Part shown: positions 36,450 to 47,290 of the stretch, piece after piece
How positions within the stretch are numbered: the stretch's first letter is position 1
Layout: the number at the start of each line of letters is the position of its first letter
Origin: a virus
Virus record (IMG/VR): IMGVR_UViG_3300047323_000675
Length of the DNA: 64,000 nt
Reading direction: 5' to 3' (one strand)
Notes under the pieces: generated by a model
Told to the model about the DNA's origin: nothing
Databases searched by the model: none
Seen by the model: only the letters and a program-made list of their open reading frames with translations
Made by a program: the position numbers and the translations under genes

Positions 36450-37357
36450 ATCTTAATTTTCTTTGCATTTAATTCATTAATAGATAAATCTTGATGAAGG
36501 TTGTGATTGAGATCTCTTAACTTAAACATATTTTCAACTACTTCGCGCTTATAAGTTAATCTGAATTCTTTTATAGCTTCAGTTTCATCAATATTTAAAT
36601 CAAAAATAAAATATTGGAGCATGTCTAAAGGTTTATCTTTTCTTGCTTGTATTATCAAAGTGCGAAAAATTTCATCACGATCATTATGAATATCAACATG
36701 TTTGGCAAGATTGGGTGAGTTAAATATATATTTAATCTGTTCTATATTATTTGAATAACAGCAACTATATATTACTCCTTCTAGCATAGCACTAATTACT
36801 GTATTAGAATATTTTGTTCCTAATTCGATAAAAGATTTAAAAAAATCAAAATCATTAGAAGAACTTGCGGCTCCTGCTGCTTTAGAAACATGATTTAAAA
36901 AACGATCATCTTTATCTTTAGAAACAGAAATTAAATACTCAAATAATTCTAGATTTTTACTTTGAACAGATAAAACTACTGGATTGTTATTTGCGGTATT
37001 AACAAATGGTATTTGAGGATGTTTTTCTAATTCAGGAGATTCAAATAGATATTTAACAATATGTAGATGTCCAGCTTCACAGGCAGAAGATAAGACAGAA
37101 TCGTAATCATCATTAATATCAAAATGATTCTTAGTTTCATGTGAAGTTAAAAGATACTTTACAAGTTCAATATTTCCACTAAAGCAAGCTGAAACTAATA
37201 CTCCATTGGTTCCGATAAAGTTAATATTATCTTGTATTTGTGGTTGAGCAAATAAAATTTTAACCTTTTCTAAGTCACCTTTACTTGCACACTCATATAG
37301 AATATCAGTTAATTCATAATTATCTTTTGCTGCTAGAGAGTCTATAAATTCTTTCAT
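36446..37357 (-). CDS. 35-aa ankyrin-repeat family protein
   Basis: ACEAGHLHIVKYLFESPEL; tail AKKIKI. Confidence 0.85.
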   Translation of the reverse strand: MKEFIDSLAAKDNYELTDILYECASKGDLEKVKILFAQPQIQDNINFIGTNGVLVSACFSGNIELVKYLLTSHETKNHFDINDDYDSVLSSACEAGHLHIVKYLFESPELEKHPQIPFVNTANNNPVVLSVQSKNLELFEYLISVSKDKDDRFLNHVSKAAGAASSSNDFDFFKSFIELGTKYSNTVISAMLEGVIYSCCYSNNIEQIKYIFNSPNLAKHVDIHNDRDEIFRTLIIQARKDKPLDMLQYFIFDLNIDETEAIKEFRLTYKREVVENMFKLRDLNHNLHQDLSINELNAKKIKI

Positions 37358-37845
37358 ATTTTAGTCTTTTTATTTATTGTTTTATTTTTATCAGATAAGT
37401 CATCTTTTAACAAATTATGTAATGTTCTTGTGTTAAAGAGTTGAGCAACAGTATTACGGTAATCTGTATTACTGTAATTTAAAAAATCTTCCATAAATTT
37501 AGTTTTTTCAATATTTAATTCTAGAATTAAGTATTGAATCATTGGTATATCCTCATTAATTCTTATTGCATCTAAAACAAATTTATTTTGAATATATGAG
37601 AGAGCATTTTCTCCTAAGTAATTATTTTCTACTAAATACTTAACAACATTTATATGACGGTTTTGAACTGCCTCAAGAATTGCACCAAATTTATTAAAAT
37701 CAGTAGCATTATATTTTAACTCAGTTGAGTTAAGTAAATAATCCAAAATTTCAATATCACCTTTAGCACAGTTATCTAAAAAAGCATCATTGATCTTTTC
37801 TTTACTTAAATTCTTAAATTGTTGATATAGTTTTGGATTAATCAT
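37354..37845 (-). CDS. 35-aa ankyrin-repeat family protein
   Basis: CAKGDIEILDYLLNSTEL; tail NKKTKI. Confidence 0.8.
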   Translation of the reverse strand: MINPKLYQQFKNLSKEKINDAFLDNCAKGDIEILDYLLNSTELKYNATDFNKFGAILEAVQNRHINVVKYLVENNYLGENALSYIQNKFVLDAIRINEDIPMIQYLILELNIEKTKFMEDFLNYSNTDYRNTVAQLFNTRTLHNLLKDDLSDKNKTINKKTKI

Positions 37846-38333
37846 AATTTTGAACTTTTTGATTTAGCATTATTAGTAACAAGCTTTTCTTTTAAGTCCA
37901 TCATAATATCTCGTGTTTCAAATAATTTTGATGCAATTTCATAATAATCTGAGTTAATATGCTTAAAATCATCAATATTTAAAAAAATTTTATCCATATT
38001 CATTTCAAATATAAAAAACTTTAGAATTTCTATATTTTGAGTTTGTATAATAGTTTCAAGTATAATATTATTGTCATGATATATATGAGCATGCTCTTTT
38101 AACTTGGAAGAAGTGCATAAGAATCTTACAATATCCAAATTTTGAGAACACAAAGCAGTTCGTAATGCATTATCTTCATCCATGTGGATATTTAGATGAT
38201 TTGATATATCATCATTAGTTAGAAAGTATTTAACTAAATCTAAATTTCCCCATCGACATGCACCAATTAAAGATTTTTGAAGTTCTTCCTTTGTATAATA
38301 GTGATACCTAGTATATATCTCATTTGTAATCAT
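37842..38333 (-). CDS. 35-aa ankyrin-repeat family protein
   Basis: ACRWGNLDLVKYFL; tail KSKSSKL. Confidence 0.85.
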   Translation of the reverse strand: MITNEIYTRYHYYTKEELQKSLIGACRWGNLDLVKYFLTNDDISNHLNIHMDEDNALRTALCSQNLDIVRFLCTSSKLKEHAHIYHDNNIILETIIQTQNIEILKFFIFEMNMDKIFLNIDDFKHINSDYYEIASKLFETRDIMMDLKEKLVTNNAKSKSSKL

Positions 38334-38404
38334 ATTTTTATACTAATTCTTTAACAATAGATTGATTAATCAATTTAGCTTATTAAATTTGAATTTTGGA
38401 TTAA

Positions 38405-38788
38405 TCATAATTTAAATATTTTATCAATTTGATTAACTGAAAGCAATTCTTTGTTTAGTTCTCTAATTTGAAACATGCTATTAGCTAATTTGGAATGCTT
38501 ATTATTAATTTTATATATTATTTTTTCAATTTCCTCTGTTTTTTGAATATTCAAATTAAATATTAGATGTTTTAATATTTCATCATCTTCACTACTTAAT
38601 GCAAATATGAATGGACCATTTGATGTAGAATATATATCTGCACGAAAAGGTAATTCAGGGCTATTTAAAAGAAAGTCTGTAAGAGGCCAATCTTTATTTC
38701 CGATTGCAAAAAGAAAGGATAAATTTATCTGCTCTTGATTAAAATCTTGATAATATTTTAATCCATATGGTGGAATATAATTTGTCAT
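38405..38788 (-). CDS. Short ankyrin-family protein
   Basis: FLLNSPELPFRADI; tail DKIFKL. Confidence 0.75.
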   Translation of the reverse strand: MTNYIPPYGLKYYQDFNQEQINLSFLFAIGNKDWPLTDFLLNSPELPFRADIYSTSNGPFIFALSSEDDEILKHLIFNLNIQKTEEIEKIIYKINNKHSKLANSMFQIRELNKELLSVNQIDKIFKL

Positions 38789-38801
38789 AATAGCTTTCTA
38801 G

Positions 38802-39707
38802 TTAAATCTTAGTAATTTTTTCTTTATTATCAGGATTGTGAGCTAATTCATTATTTAGATTTTCATTTAATTCAAGCATTCTAAAAAAGCTATCCATATC
38901 ATCAGACATATATTTTGGAGTGGGATTAGCAATAATTTTTTTAATATATTCTGTTTTTTTAATTTTAGCTTGGAATATAAGATACTTTAATATATGAACA
39001 TGACCGTTACGAAAAGCTTCATAAAATGCTGAATCAATAGATTTTTCTATGTTGATATTTTCTTTAAGCTCTTTGGAGAATAATAAATAATCAACAATAT
39101 CTAAATTCCCACTCTCACATGCCTCTGAGAGTGCATTTTCCATAGTAACTTTATCTTCAAAGTTAATATCTGCATGTACTTTCAATTCAGGATTGGTGAG
39201 AATATACTTCACCTCTTCTAATTCTCCTTTTCTACAAGCAGATAAAAGTTCATAATTCATACTACTTTTAGATTTTTTACGATATTTTATGAAAAATTTA
39301 TTGTGAGATTGAATTTTTTGCTCAAGATATTTAAAAGATACTCTTCTAACAGTTTTTGATTTTAATGTATAAAATAAAGCCTTAAAAAAATTTACATTTC
39401 TTCTTTTTCTAAAAAGTGAAAATGCTTCAATTGTGTCTGACAATAAGACAAAAATTTCGCAAGCTCCAATATATGCACAAAATAGCCCTGCAATAATAGT
39501 GAAGAAAGCAGGAATAACAATAAAAGGAGAAAACACTAATGTTACCGCCTGAAGTAGAGAAAAATTAATAACATTATTAGTTTTGAAAATTATAATTGTT
39601 ACCCCAATACTAATTGAGCAAACAAACATAAAAAAACCTAGAAAATTAAATAATATTTTCTCTATGATTTTAAGAATGTCTTTAATTTTTATGTAAATGT
39701 TTTTCAT
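38802..39707 (-). CDS. Ankyrin-family protein with N-terminal TM helices
   Basis: Two hydrophobic helices, then ACRKGELEEVKYILTNPEL; tail EKITKI. Confidence 0.8.
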   Translation of the reverse strand: MKNIYIKIKDILKIIEKILFNFLGFFMFVCSISIGVTIIIFKTNNVINFSLLQAVTLVFSPFIVIPAFFTIIAGLFCAYIGACEIFVLLSDTIEAFSLFRKRRNVNFFKALFYTLKSKTVRRVSFKYLEQKIQSHNKFFIKYRKKSKSSMNYELLSACRKGELEEVKYILTNPELKVHADINFEDKVTMENALSEACESGNLDIVDYLLFSKELKENINIEKSIDSAFYEAFRNGHVHILKYLIFQAKIKKTEYIKKIIANPTPKYMSDDMDSFFRMLELNENLNNELAHNPDNKEKITKI

Positions 39708-39709
39708 GA

Positions 39710-40450
39710 TTATTTCTGCTTTAAATAACGGTTTACTTTTTCATAAGTATATAACTGCCAGCTAACATTATACCCTTGATTTTTCATTTTTTTAACAGAA
39801 TCAATAAAAAGATTATCCATAATTAGTTTATAGAAATAGATCGAATCATCTAAAGTTGGGCTATTTTTATTAACACTCATATAATCAGCTTTACTATTAA
39901 TTGCAGTAAAGGTTGATTCAATACTTTCAAAATATTCAAGATCTGAGCCATCAACAGCTTTAAGATATGGTAAAATATTGTAGGCAATAATATCGAAAAA
40001 ATAATAATCATTATAAGCAGCACCAGCAAAAATATAGCAATCAGATAGATTACTGATTTCATTTATATATTGGCGGATAGTTCCGTAATCCTTTGTATAG
40101 TCTGCGGCATTGTCATTAATAACATCTTCATTATAAATGATAATGGAATAGGGTGTGTTTTCAAATGAAAATTGAAGATAGTAAAAGATATCTTCAGGCT
40201 CATCATTGGCAATATCTTCAGATTGAAGCATTACCATTTTATTAAGGATATCTTTAACTTGTGCTAGTTTATAATGATGCACAAAATGGATATTAGCTGT
40301 ACAACAAGATGAGCCAATCAGATTATCAATTCCACCATTAAACTTAGTAAATTTTTGAAGAGAATCTAGAATAAAATTTTCTGTATTTTCTAAACAATGA
40401 ATAAAAGCATCTTTACCTGCAATTTTAGTCTGCACAGTAATCATTTTCAT
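39710..40450 (-). CDS. Hypothetical protein (not ankyrin, no tail)
   Basis: 246 aa, GGAG SD. Confidence 0.75.
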   Translation of the reverse strand: MKMITVQTKIAGKDAFIHCLENTENFILDSLQKFTKFNGGIDNLIGSSCCTANIHFVHHYKLAQVKDILNKMVMLQSEDIANDEPEDIFYYLQFSFENTPYSIIIYNEDVINDNAADYTKDYGTIRQYINEISNLSDCYIFAGAAYNDYYFFDIIAYNILPYLKAVDGSDLEYFESIESTFTAINSKADYMSVNKNSPTLDDSIYFYKLIMDNLFIDSVKKMKNQGYNVSWQLYTYEKVNRYLKQK

Positions 40451-40542
40451 ATGAATTCTCCATTATAGTATTGAGGAATTATATCATATTTCTAATAAAT
40501 ATAATGGGTATTCTTTGACAAAAATTATGATTTTTTAGTTAT

Positions 40543-41355
40543 TTATAGCTTTATTTTTTTATAAGGTTTGATGTGATTTAATGGAGAAATATTGTGATTT
40601 AAAGATTCAGTTAAATCACGATAATCAAACATTGTATTAATCTCTTTTGCTGTATTGTTTTGTTCTTTTAATTTTTTTTGTAAGAAGTTTTCAATTGCTT
40701 CAGATTTAGGTATTTTTAATTCCAGAATAAAATAATCAATTATATCTTTAATTATTTTGGGTTCAGAGTAAGCATTTATTTTATGAATATTTGAACCTAA
40801 AGCGATCCTTACAAAATCTATATTGTCAATACTCATGGCCTTAATATAATCCTCACAAATAGAAATAAAACTAGAATCATTTTTTGTACGGATATTTGCA
40901 TGTTTTTTTAATTTTGGAGAAGAAGTAAAATATTTAATTAAATCAAAATTAAGTCCGTCACAAGCTGCAATAAATGCCTGATCATTACCCTTATGTATAT
41001 CAACATGATATTTTAAATCAGAGGAAGTAAACAAATATTCTATAACATCAAATTGTCCATTTTTACATGAAGGATTTATCCAGTAAGTGCTGTTAATATG
41101 CATGTCATGAAATGAACTTTTTGTATTATGTGAAGTTAATAAATATTTAACTATATCTATATTCCCGGCTTCACAAGCATATGAAAAAATCATTTCTAAA
41201 GAAGCACCATGTAAATATCCAATTTTTTTGATTGCAAATAGCTCACTAACAGCTTTAAGATCGTTTTTTTTACATGCAGTAGCAAGCTGAGAAAAATCAT
41301 CTTTAGTGAAATTAGTTTTAAATAGATTTTTAAAAATTTGTTTAAATTTTTCCAT
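40543..41355 (-). CDS. 35-aa ankyrin-repeat family protein, close paralog of 33712
   Basis: ACEAGNIDIVKYLLTS; tail YKKIKL. Confidence 0.85.
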   Translation of the reverse strand: MEKFKQIFKNLFKTNFTKDDFSQLATACKKNDLKAVSELFAIKKIGYLHGASLEMIFSYACEAGNIDIVKYLLTSHNTKSSFHDMHINSTYWINPSCKNGQFDVIEYLFTSSDLKYHVDIHKGNDQAFIAACDGLNFDLIKYFTSSPKLKKHANIRTKNDSSFISICEDYIKAMSIDNIDFVRIALGSNIHKINAYSEPKIIKDIIDYFILELKIPKSEAIENFLQKKLKEQNNTAKEINTMFDYRDLTESLNHNISPLNHIKPYKKIKL

Positions 41356-41358
41356 ATT

Positions 41359-42030
41359 TTATATCTTTAATTTTTTATTATTTTTATTTTCTATATTAAG
41401 TTCTTTTTTTAACTCTCTAGACATAAAAATAGATTCAATTTGAGAATTAGGAAGTTTTTTTAAATGTCTTTCAATATGTTCTGTTTTTTCTATATTACAA
41501 TTAAAAACTAAATAGTTAATTAATTCGAATCGTTTATTGTAACAAGCAGATATGAAAGCAGCATCATGATGCATATGTATATCAATTTTTTCTTTCATAT
41601 CAGGTGAATGAAGAAAATAATCAACAACATTTATACGGCCACCGGAGCAAGCCATGACAAGAGCATTACAATTATTATCTGCAATAAAAGCATGTTCTTT
41701 CAATTCTGATGAAGTCATTAAATATTTCACTATTTCTAAGTGTCCATAACATGCAGCCCACTGTAATGCCTCATTATCTTTAGAAAATATATTAGCATGT
41801 TTTTTTAATTCTGGAGATGTAAGAAGATATTTGATAACTTCAAAGTTTCCATGAATGCATGCTCCTCTTAGACAAACATCTGAATCATAATCTACTTCAG
41901 CATTAATGTTCAATTCATTTGTTGTTAATAAATATCTAACAGTATCTAAATCATTATTTTCACATGCTTGTGCTAAACAATAATTTAAATTATCTAAATT
42001 TAAATCTTTAAAGTCTGAATAATAACTCAT
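41359..42030 (-). CDS. 35-aa ankyrin-repeat family protein
   Basis: ACIHGNFEVIKYLLTSPELKKHANI; tail NKKLKI. Confidence 0.85.
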   Translation of the reverse strand: MSYYSDFKDLNLDNLNYCLAQACENNDLDTVRYLLTTNELNINAEVDYDSDVCLRGACIHGNFEVIKYLLTSPELKKHANIFSKDNEALQWAACYGHLEIVKYLMTSSELKEHAFIADNNCNALVMACSGGRINVVDYFLHSPDMKEKIDIHMHHDAAFISACYNKRFELINYLVFNCNIEKTEHIERHLKKLPNSQIESIFMSRELKKELNIENKNNKKLKI

Positions 42031-42512
42031 AATTTAAGTTTTTTTTTCAATGAACCATTAGAATTTAATTCTTTATGTAATTTTTTTGCTGTTTCTCTTT
42101 TTTCAAACATTAATTTAGCTTCTATACAGGCATCTTTAACTTCTTGTCTTACACTAGTATCTGAAATATTTGTGTTTAAATAATATTCTATTTCTTTAGC
42201 TAATGGTATATCTAATTCAAATATTAAATATTGGATGGCAGATAATTGAGTATTAATACATAATGCTTTAAACGGTTGATAATTTTCTGCATGAAGATGA
42301 GCATGTTCTGTTAATTCAGGTGATGTTAAAAGATATTGAATGATCTCTATATTACCTTTTTCACAAGCTAAGATTAAACATGCCTCATCAAAAGCATGAA
42401 TGTTAGCCTTTATTTCAAGAGTGGGACTTGTTAATAGTCGCTTTATTTCTGGCAAATTACCAAACATAGCCTTACTAAATAATTCATTATCAATTTCGCG
42501 TTGAGTAGTCAT
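42027..42512 (-). CDS. 35-aa ankyrin-repeat family protein
   Basis: ACEKGNIEIIQYLLTSPELTEH; tail KKKLKL. Confidence 0.85.
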   Translation of the reverse strand: MTTQREIDNELFSKAMFGNLPEIKRLLTSPTLEIKANIHAFDEACLILACEKGNIEIIQYLLTSPELTEHAHLHAENYQPFKALCINTQLSAIQYLIFELDIPLAKEIEYYLNTNISDTSVRQEVKDACIEAKLMFEKRETAKKLHKELNSNGSLKKKLKL

Positions 42513-42540
42513 ATTTTTATTATATTAATCAATCACTAAT

Positions 42541-43107
42541 TTACAATTTTAATTTTTTATTTGAATTATATTTATTAGATATTAAATCTTTATTTAAATC
42601 GTTATTTATTTTTCTTAATTCAAATATTTGTTCAATTTTTGGATTAGGGTAATTATTTAAATACTGATTAATATGTTCAGTTCTAGGAATATTAATTTCT
42701 AAGATAAAATAGCTTAAAACATGTAATTGTTTAAGCTGAGCAGCAAATGCAAAAGGTAAATCATTATCTATATGAATATCTGCATGTTCCATTAATTCAG
42801 GTGAAGTTAATAAATACTTGACAATATCTAAATGTCCATATGCAGATGCACATATTAGCGGCTTACCATTTTTATAATTTATATCAATATATTCTACTAA
42901 TTCAGATTTATTTAATAAAAATTTAACTAAATCCAAAAATCCTTTCTCACAAGCTTGTTTTAAGGTATTACCTAGAATATGTGGAAACTCTTCAAAATTA
43001 TCTAAATCAGGTTTAAGCAACAAATTTTTTATTTTAGGAATATCGCCTATTTGGAAAGCATTATCTAAACTTTCTTCAATTTCATAAATTAATGATGACA
43101 ATCTCAT
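42541..43107 (-). CDS. 35-aa ankyrin-repeat family protein
   Basis: ASAYGHLDIVKYLLTSPELMEHADI; tail NKKLKL. Confidence 0.85.
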   Translation of the reverse strand: MRLSSLIYEIEESLDNAFQIGDIPKIKNLLLKPDLDNFEEFPHILGNTLKQACEKGFLDLVKFLLNKSELVEYIDINYKNGKPLICASAYGHLDIVKYLLTSPELMEHADIHIDNDLPFAFAAQLKQLHVLSYFILEINIPRTEHINQYLNNYPNPKIEQIFELRKINNDLNKDLISNKYNSNKKLKL

Positions 43108-43808
43108 ATTTTAACTTTTTTTTCTTTATTATTTTGCATATTTACTAAATCATTTTTAAGATCATTTTTTAAATCTCTTACCTCAAACATTTTTTGTAGT
43201 TCATGAGCAAATGGTTTTTTAAGTGTTTCTTCAATATAGCTAGTTTTTTCTATATTTAAATCAAAAATTAGATAATGAGCTAACTCAAGTTTATTATCCT
43301 GATTTGAACTTGCTACACTTCTAAAAAAAGAATCTTTATCGTAATGAATATCTATATGTTTTTTTAAATCAAAAGAATGTAATAAATAATCAACAATTTC
43401 CATATGATTATTATGAAGGGCCATCTTGAAGGCATGACAATTGTATGCATAAATATCTGCATGTAGTTTTAACTCAGTAGATGATAGAAGATATTTCACT
43501 ACTTCAAAATGACCATTTTCACAAGCCGTAGTTAATGGATCACCATGATCAGCATTAATGTTTGCATGTTGTTTTAACTCAGGAGATGTTAAAAGGTATT
43601 TAACTATTTCCATGTGGCCTTTATTACATGCTAAGCGTAAAGCTAAATCATCGCCACTATGAATAGATGGGTTTTGTTTTAACTCTTTACTTGTTAATAA
43701 ATACTGCACATGGTCAATTTGGTCGTTCTCACAAGCATTATATAATGCGGTAACAAGATTAAATGGTGGTAAATCTTTATATAACTCATATAATTGTGAA
43801 TTATTCAT
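43104..43808 (-). CDS. 35-aa ankyrin-repeat family protein
   Basis: ACNKGHMEIVKYLLTSPELKQHANI; tail EKKVKI. Confidence 0.85.
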   Translation of the reverse strand: MNNSQLYELYKDLPPFNLVTALYNACENDQIDHVQYLLTSKELKQNPSIHSGDDLALRLACNKGHMEIVKYLLTSPELKQHANINADHGDPLTTACENGHFEVVKYLLSSTELKLHADIYAYNCHAFKMALHNNHMEIVDYLLHSFDLKKHIDIHYDKDSFFRSVASSNQDNKLELAHYLIFDLNIEKTSYIEETLKKPFAHELQKMFEVRDLKNDLKNDLVNMQNNKEKKVKI

Positions 43809-44440
43809 ATTTTAATCCTTTTATGCATCACTTCAACTTTAGAAACTTCTTTATTTAATTCTTCTTTTATTTCTTTATGTAATCCAATTATTTCATCCCT
43901 TATTTTAAACATATGCTCTATATTTTGTTTAATACTTTTGTTATCAAAGTTTATTATTTTAGTAATACTTTCCGTTTTAGGAATTTTGTAATCGAGAATT
44001 AAATATTCTAAAACCTCCATTCTTTCACAAATATATGCCATCATAAATGGTCTGTCTTTTGCATAATAAGAAACATTGCCTTTAGCATGAATATCGGAAT
44101 GTTCTTTTAAAGTTGGTGAAGTAAGAAGATATCTTACCATTTCCGTATCACCATTTTCACATGCTTGTATTATTGCAAAATCATGTTGAGTGTGGATGCT
44201 TAGGTTTTCTTTTAATTCTGGAGAGTTAAGTAAATAATCTATTATATGGTAATGAAGATTATTTACTGCACAAATTAATGCATCTCCTTCATGACGAAAA
44301 ATATTAGCATTATAAGGAAGTTCAGGAGAAGTTAAGAGATATCTTACTTTATCTAATTCACCACTTTTACAAGCCTCATAAAATTTCTCTTGTAAGGCAT
44401 TAAGAGAAAGATCTTTATATTCTTTAAATAAAGCATTCAT
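43805..44440 (-). CDS. 35-aa ankyrin-repeat family protein
   Basis: ACKSGELDKVRYLLTSPEL; tail HKRIKI. Confidence 0.85.
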   Translation of the reverse strand: MNALFKEYKDLSLNALQEKFYEACKSGELDKVRYLLTSPELPYNANIFRHEGDALICAVNNLHYHIIDYLLNSPELKENLSIHTQHDFAIIQACENGDTEMVRYLLTSPTLKEHSDIHAKGNVSYYAKDRPFMMAYICERMEVLEYLILDYKIPKTESITKIINFDNKSIKQNIEHMFKIRDEIIGLHKEIKEELNKEVSKVEVMHKRIKI

Positions 44441-45222
44441 AATTTTTGCTTTCTATTAGCTAGGTTTTTGGATGAATTACAGTTAAGTTCAATATTGAGA
44501 ATATTATTTAATTCTCTTGCATTAAATAAATTTTTCACCTCAATATCGTCAGTAAAGTTCAAAATAACTTCTATATCGTAAGTTTTCTCAATATTATATT
44601 CAAAGATAAAATAAATAATGACATCTTTTTGCTTTTTTCTACAAGCTGAAATAAAAGCTTGGTTGATATCATAATTAGTGATATCATTTTTTAGGTATGG
44701 TGAATTTAATAAGTAATTAACCATATTTACTTTGTTAGTTGTACATGCTAAATTTAATAGAGAACTTGGCTTTATTTCAAAATCATAAATTTCTTTAATC
44801 TCAGGAAGGCTATAGATGTAGTTTATAATATCTATATTACCTTTTAAGCAAGAAACATAAAGTGCAGCCTCATTACTTATAGCTAATTGTGGGATAAATT
44901 CTGGATGAGTAAGAATATATTTAACAATGTTTAAATGATTATTTTCAGATGCAGATATTAAAGCAGACTCATTATTGATATTTGCTATTAATTCAAAAGC
45001 ATTAAAACTTAACAAGGATTTAGCAAGTTCAAGATTACCAAATTTGCAAGCCATTACAAAAGTTCTATCCATATGATGTTGAATCTTATCTTCTTTTTTA
45101 ATATGTGGGTGCTGTAAAAGATATTTTACTTTAGTATTATCATTAGCTTTTATTGCTTCAGATATTTCATTTTCTAATTCTGAGTAAGGTATATTTTTAA
45201 GCGATGGTAAATTAAATGGCAT
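44437..45222 (-). CDS. Ankyrin-repeat family protein
   Basis: ACKFGNLELAKSLL, ASENNHLNIVKYIL; tail NRKQKL. Confidence 0.85.
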   Translation of the reverse strand: MPFNLPSLKNIPYSELENEISEAIKANDNTKVKYLLQHPHIKKEDKIQHHMDRTFVMACKFGNLELAKSLLSFNAFELIANINNESALISASENNHLNIVKYILTHPEFIPQLAISNEAALYVSCLKGNIDIINYIYSLPEIKEIYDFEIKPSSLLNLACTTNKVNMVNYLLNSPYLKNDITNYDINQAFISACRKKQKDVIIYFIFEYNIEKTYDIEVILNFTDDIEVKNLFNARELNNILNIELNCNSSKNLANRKQKL

Positions 45223-45233
45223 ATATTATTAAT

Positions 45234-45563
45234 TTATGCAAAAATTAAATGAGTAAATAATTTAGAAAGAACCATGATTATTATTCCCAAAAAAAGACAA
45301 AATGAAGCCCATAAAACAGCAAGTTTACGATTTTTTGCCAAAATTGCGAGAGGAAATAAACCAAAAATAATAATTCCAATCCCAATTACAATAGACTCCC
45401 TTCCTTCTATTAAAATTTCCACATTATATCTAGAAGAATAAGCATAATAGCGATTATTAATAATACTTAATAAGCCTGGTAATGCAAAAGCAATACTCAT
45501 AAGAATTGTAAGGAATTTCACCAACGGGTTTACTGTGTTTTTTTTAACATTTGAATCATCCAT
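45234..45563 (-). CDS. Membrane protein (3 TM)
   Basis: 109 aa hydrophobic, AAGGAG SD. Confidence 0.8.
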   Translation of the reverse strand: MDDSNVKKNTVNPLVKFLTILMSIAFALPGLLSIINNRYYAYSSRYNVEILIEGRESIVIGIGIIIFGLFPLAILAKNRKLAVLWASFCLFLGIIIMVLSKLFTHLIFA

Positions 45564-45605
45564 AGCATAATCTCCTTTTAATTATTGTATTAATAAATTA
45601 TGTAA

Positions 45606-46502
45606 TTACAACTTATTTTTTTTACTATGGTTATTATTTTTATTTAATTCTTGGTTTAGTTCTTTATTAATATCTCGCAATTTAAACCAATTTTCTACTT
45701 GTATTAATTTTGGTTCATTAATTGGTCTATTAAATAAATAATTATTTATTGATTCTGTTTTATCCATATTTAAATCAAAAATAAAGTATTGAATTAAGTC
45801 TAAATAATCAAAAGAATAAGCCCATTTAAATGCATCATCATTAAATGCATGAACATTTGGTTTCTTCTTAATTCTTTGACATGTGCAGAAATATTTAATT
45901 AATTCCAAATTATTATTATGTACAACAGTCCTAAATGCTTGCTCATCATTAGCATTCAAATCTGTATTTTCTTTTAGTTCATTAGATGTTAATAGATAAT
46001 CTACGATATCTAGATGATTATATTTACAAGCTTCAATAAGAGCATTATTATCTTGTGCATGGATATTGGCATGTATTTTTAAATCAGGTGATGTAAGCAA
46101 ATACTTTACAACTTCTAATTGACCACTTTCACAGGCGCGAACTAATCCCTCATCATTTTTAGTATTAATATCAATATGTTCTTCTAATTCAGGCGATGTA
46201 AGCAAATATTTTACAACCTCTAAATGACCATTTTGGCATGCATCTATAAAACCTTCATCTGTCCAAGCATGTATATTTACATTGCCAACAGTTGAAGCTA
46301 ACTCAGGTGAAGTTAAAAGGTATCGAACAACATTCAATTTACCTGCTGCACATGCTGAGATAAAACAATAGTAATCATCAGACTTAATATCTGCATGAAC
46401 TTCTAATTCATTTGAAAATAAAAGATATCTAACAAAATCTAAATCACCATTCTGACAAGCAATTTGAAGTTGTTCATTTATTTCATCATATTGATCAGTC
46501 AT
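45606..46502 (-). CDS. 35-aa ankyrin-repeat family protein
   Basis: About 7 repeats, e.g. ACQNGHLEVVKYLLTSPELEEHIDINTKNDEGLVR; tail SKKNKL. Confidence 0.9.
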   Translation of the reverse strand: MTDQYDEINEQLQIACQNGDLDFVRYLLFSNELEVHADIKSDDYYCFISACAAGKLNVVRYLLTSPELASTVGNVNIHAWTDEGFIDACQNGHLEVVKYLLTSPELEEHIDINTKNDEGLVRACESGQLEVVKYLLTSPDLKIHANIHAQDNNALIEACKYNHLDIVDYLLTSNELKENTDLNANDEQAFRTVVHNNNLELIKYFCTCQRIKKKPNVHAFNDDAFKWAYSFDYLDLIQYFIFDLNMDKTESINNYLFNRPINEPKLIQVENWFKLRDINKELNQELNKNNNHSKKNKL

Positions 46503-47290
46503 ATTTTATTTCTCTTTTGTATGTTATTATCATTATCATTGTCAAGTTCAAATGTTAATAAATGAGCTAAATCTCTTTTATTAAATAATTCTAAAACACT
46601 ATTATTGAATTCAATATTATCCCGTTCTTCATCTAGTAAATATTCCATAATGTCAGAACTTTTAGGGACACTAAGAGAGAAAATAAAATATTTTACAGCC
46701 TCTAATTCTTCAACTTCACAACAAGTTATAAATGGCAAATCATTATCAAAACTGATATCAAAATTATCTTTCCATTGTGAATGGAGTAGATAATCAATAA
46801 GTTCTACATTACCACTTCTACAAGCATAAACAAATAGATTATTATCTTTTTTTATTTGCTCACCCCATTTTGGTGAATTAAGAAAATATTTAACAATATT
46901 AATGTTCCCAGTATTACAACACTCCTCCATAACTATAGATAATGCTGTAGGAGCATGATTAATTGCAATAGGTAAAAATTCCTCAATAGAATCTATATCA
47001 TCTTGTTTCGCTGCTATTTCCGTAAGTCGAATTGCATATGGTGAAATATTAATAGGTTTTTTAATTTCTTTTGGGTTAGCTAGAAATTTTATAATCTCTA
47101 AATGATCACGGCTAAATGCCATTTTAAATGCTAAATCATCTTCGTAATGAGGATTTGCATTAAATCTTAATTCAGATGAATTTACGAGATACCTTACACG
47201 ATCTAAATCATCATTAAGGCAAAATTGGAGAAATGCTTCATTGATTTCTTTTTTGGATAAATCTTTAAATTCTTCGTAATAACTATTCAT
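46499..47290 (-). CDS. 35-aa ankyrin-repeat family protein
   Basis: Subfamily with 47287 and 52889; tail QKRNKI. Confidence 0.85.
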   Translation of the reverse strand: MNSYYEEFKDLSKKEINEAFLQFCLNDDLDRVRYLVNSSELRFNANPHYEDDLAFKMAFSRDHLEIIKFLANPKEIKKPINISPYAIRLTEIAAKQDDIDSIEEFLPIAINHAPTALSIVMEECCNTGNINIVKYFLNSPKWGEQIKKDNNLFVYACRSGNVELIDYLLHSQWKDNFDISFDNDLPFITCCEVEELEAVKYFIFSLSVPKSSDIMEYLLDEERDNIEFNNSVLELFNKRDLAHLLTFELDNDNDNNIQKRNKI

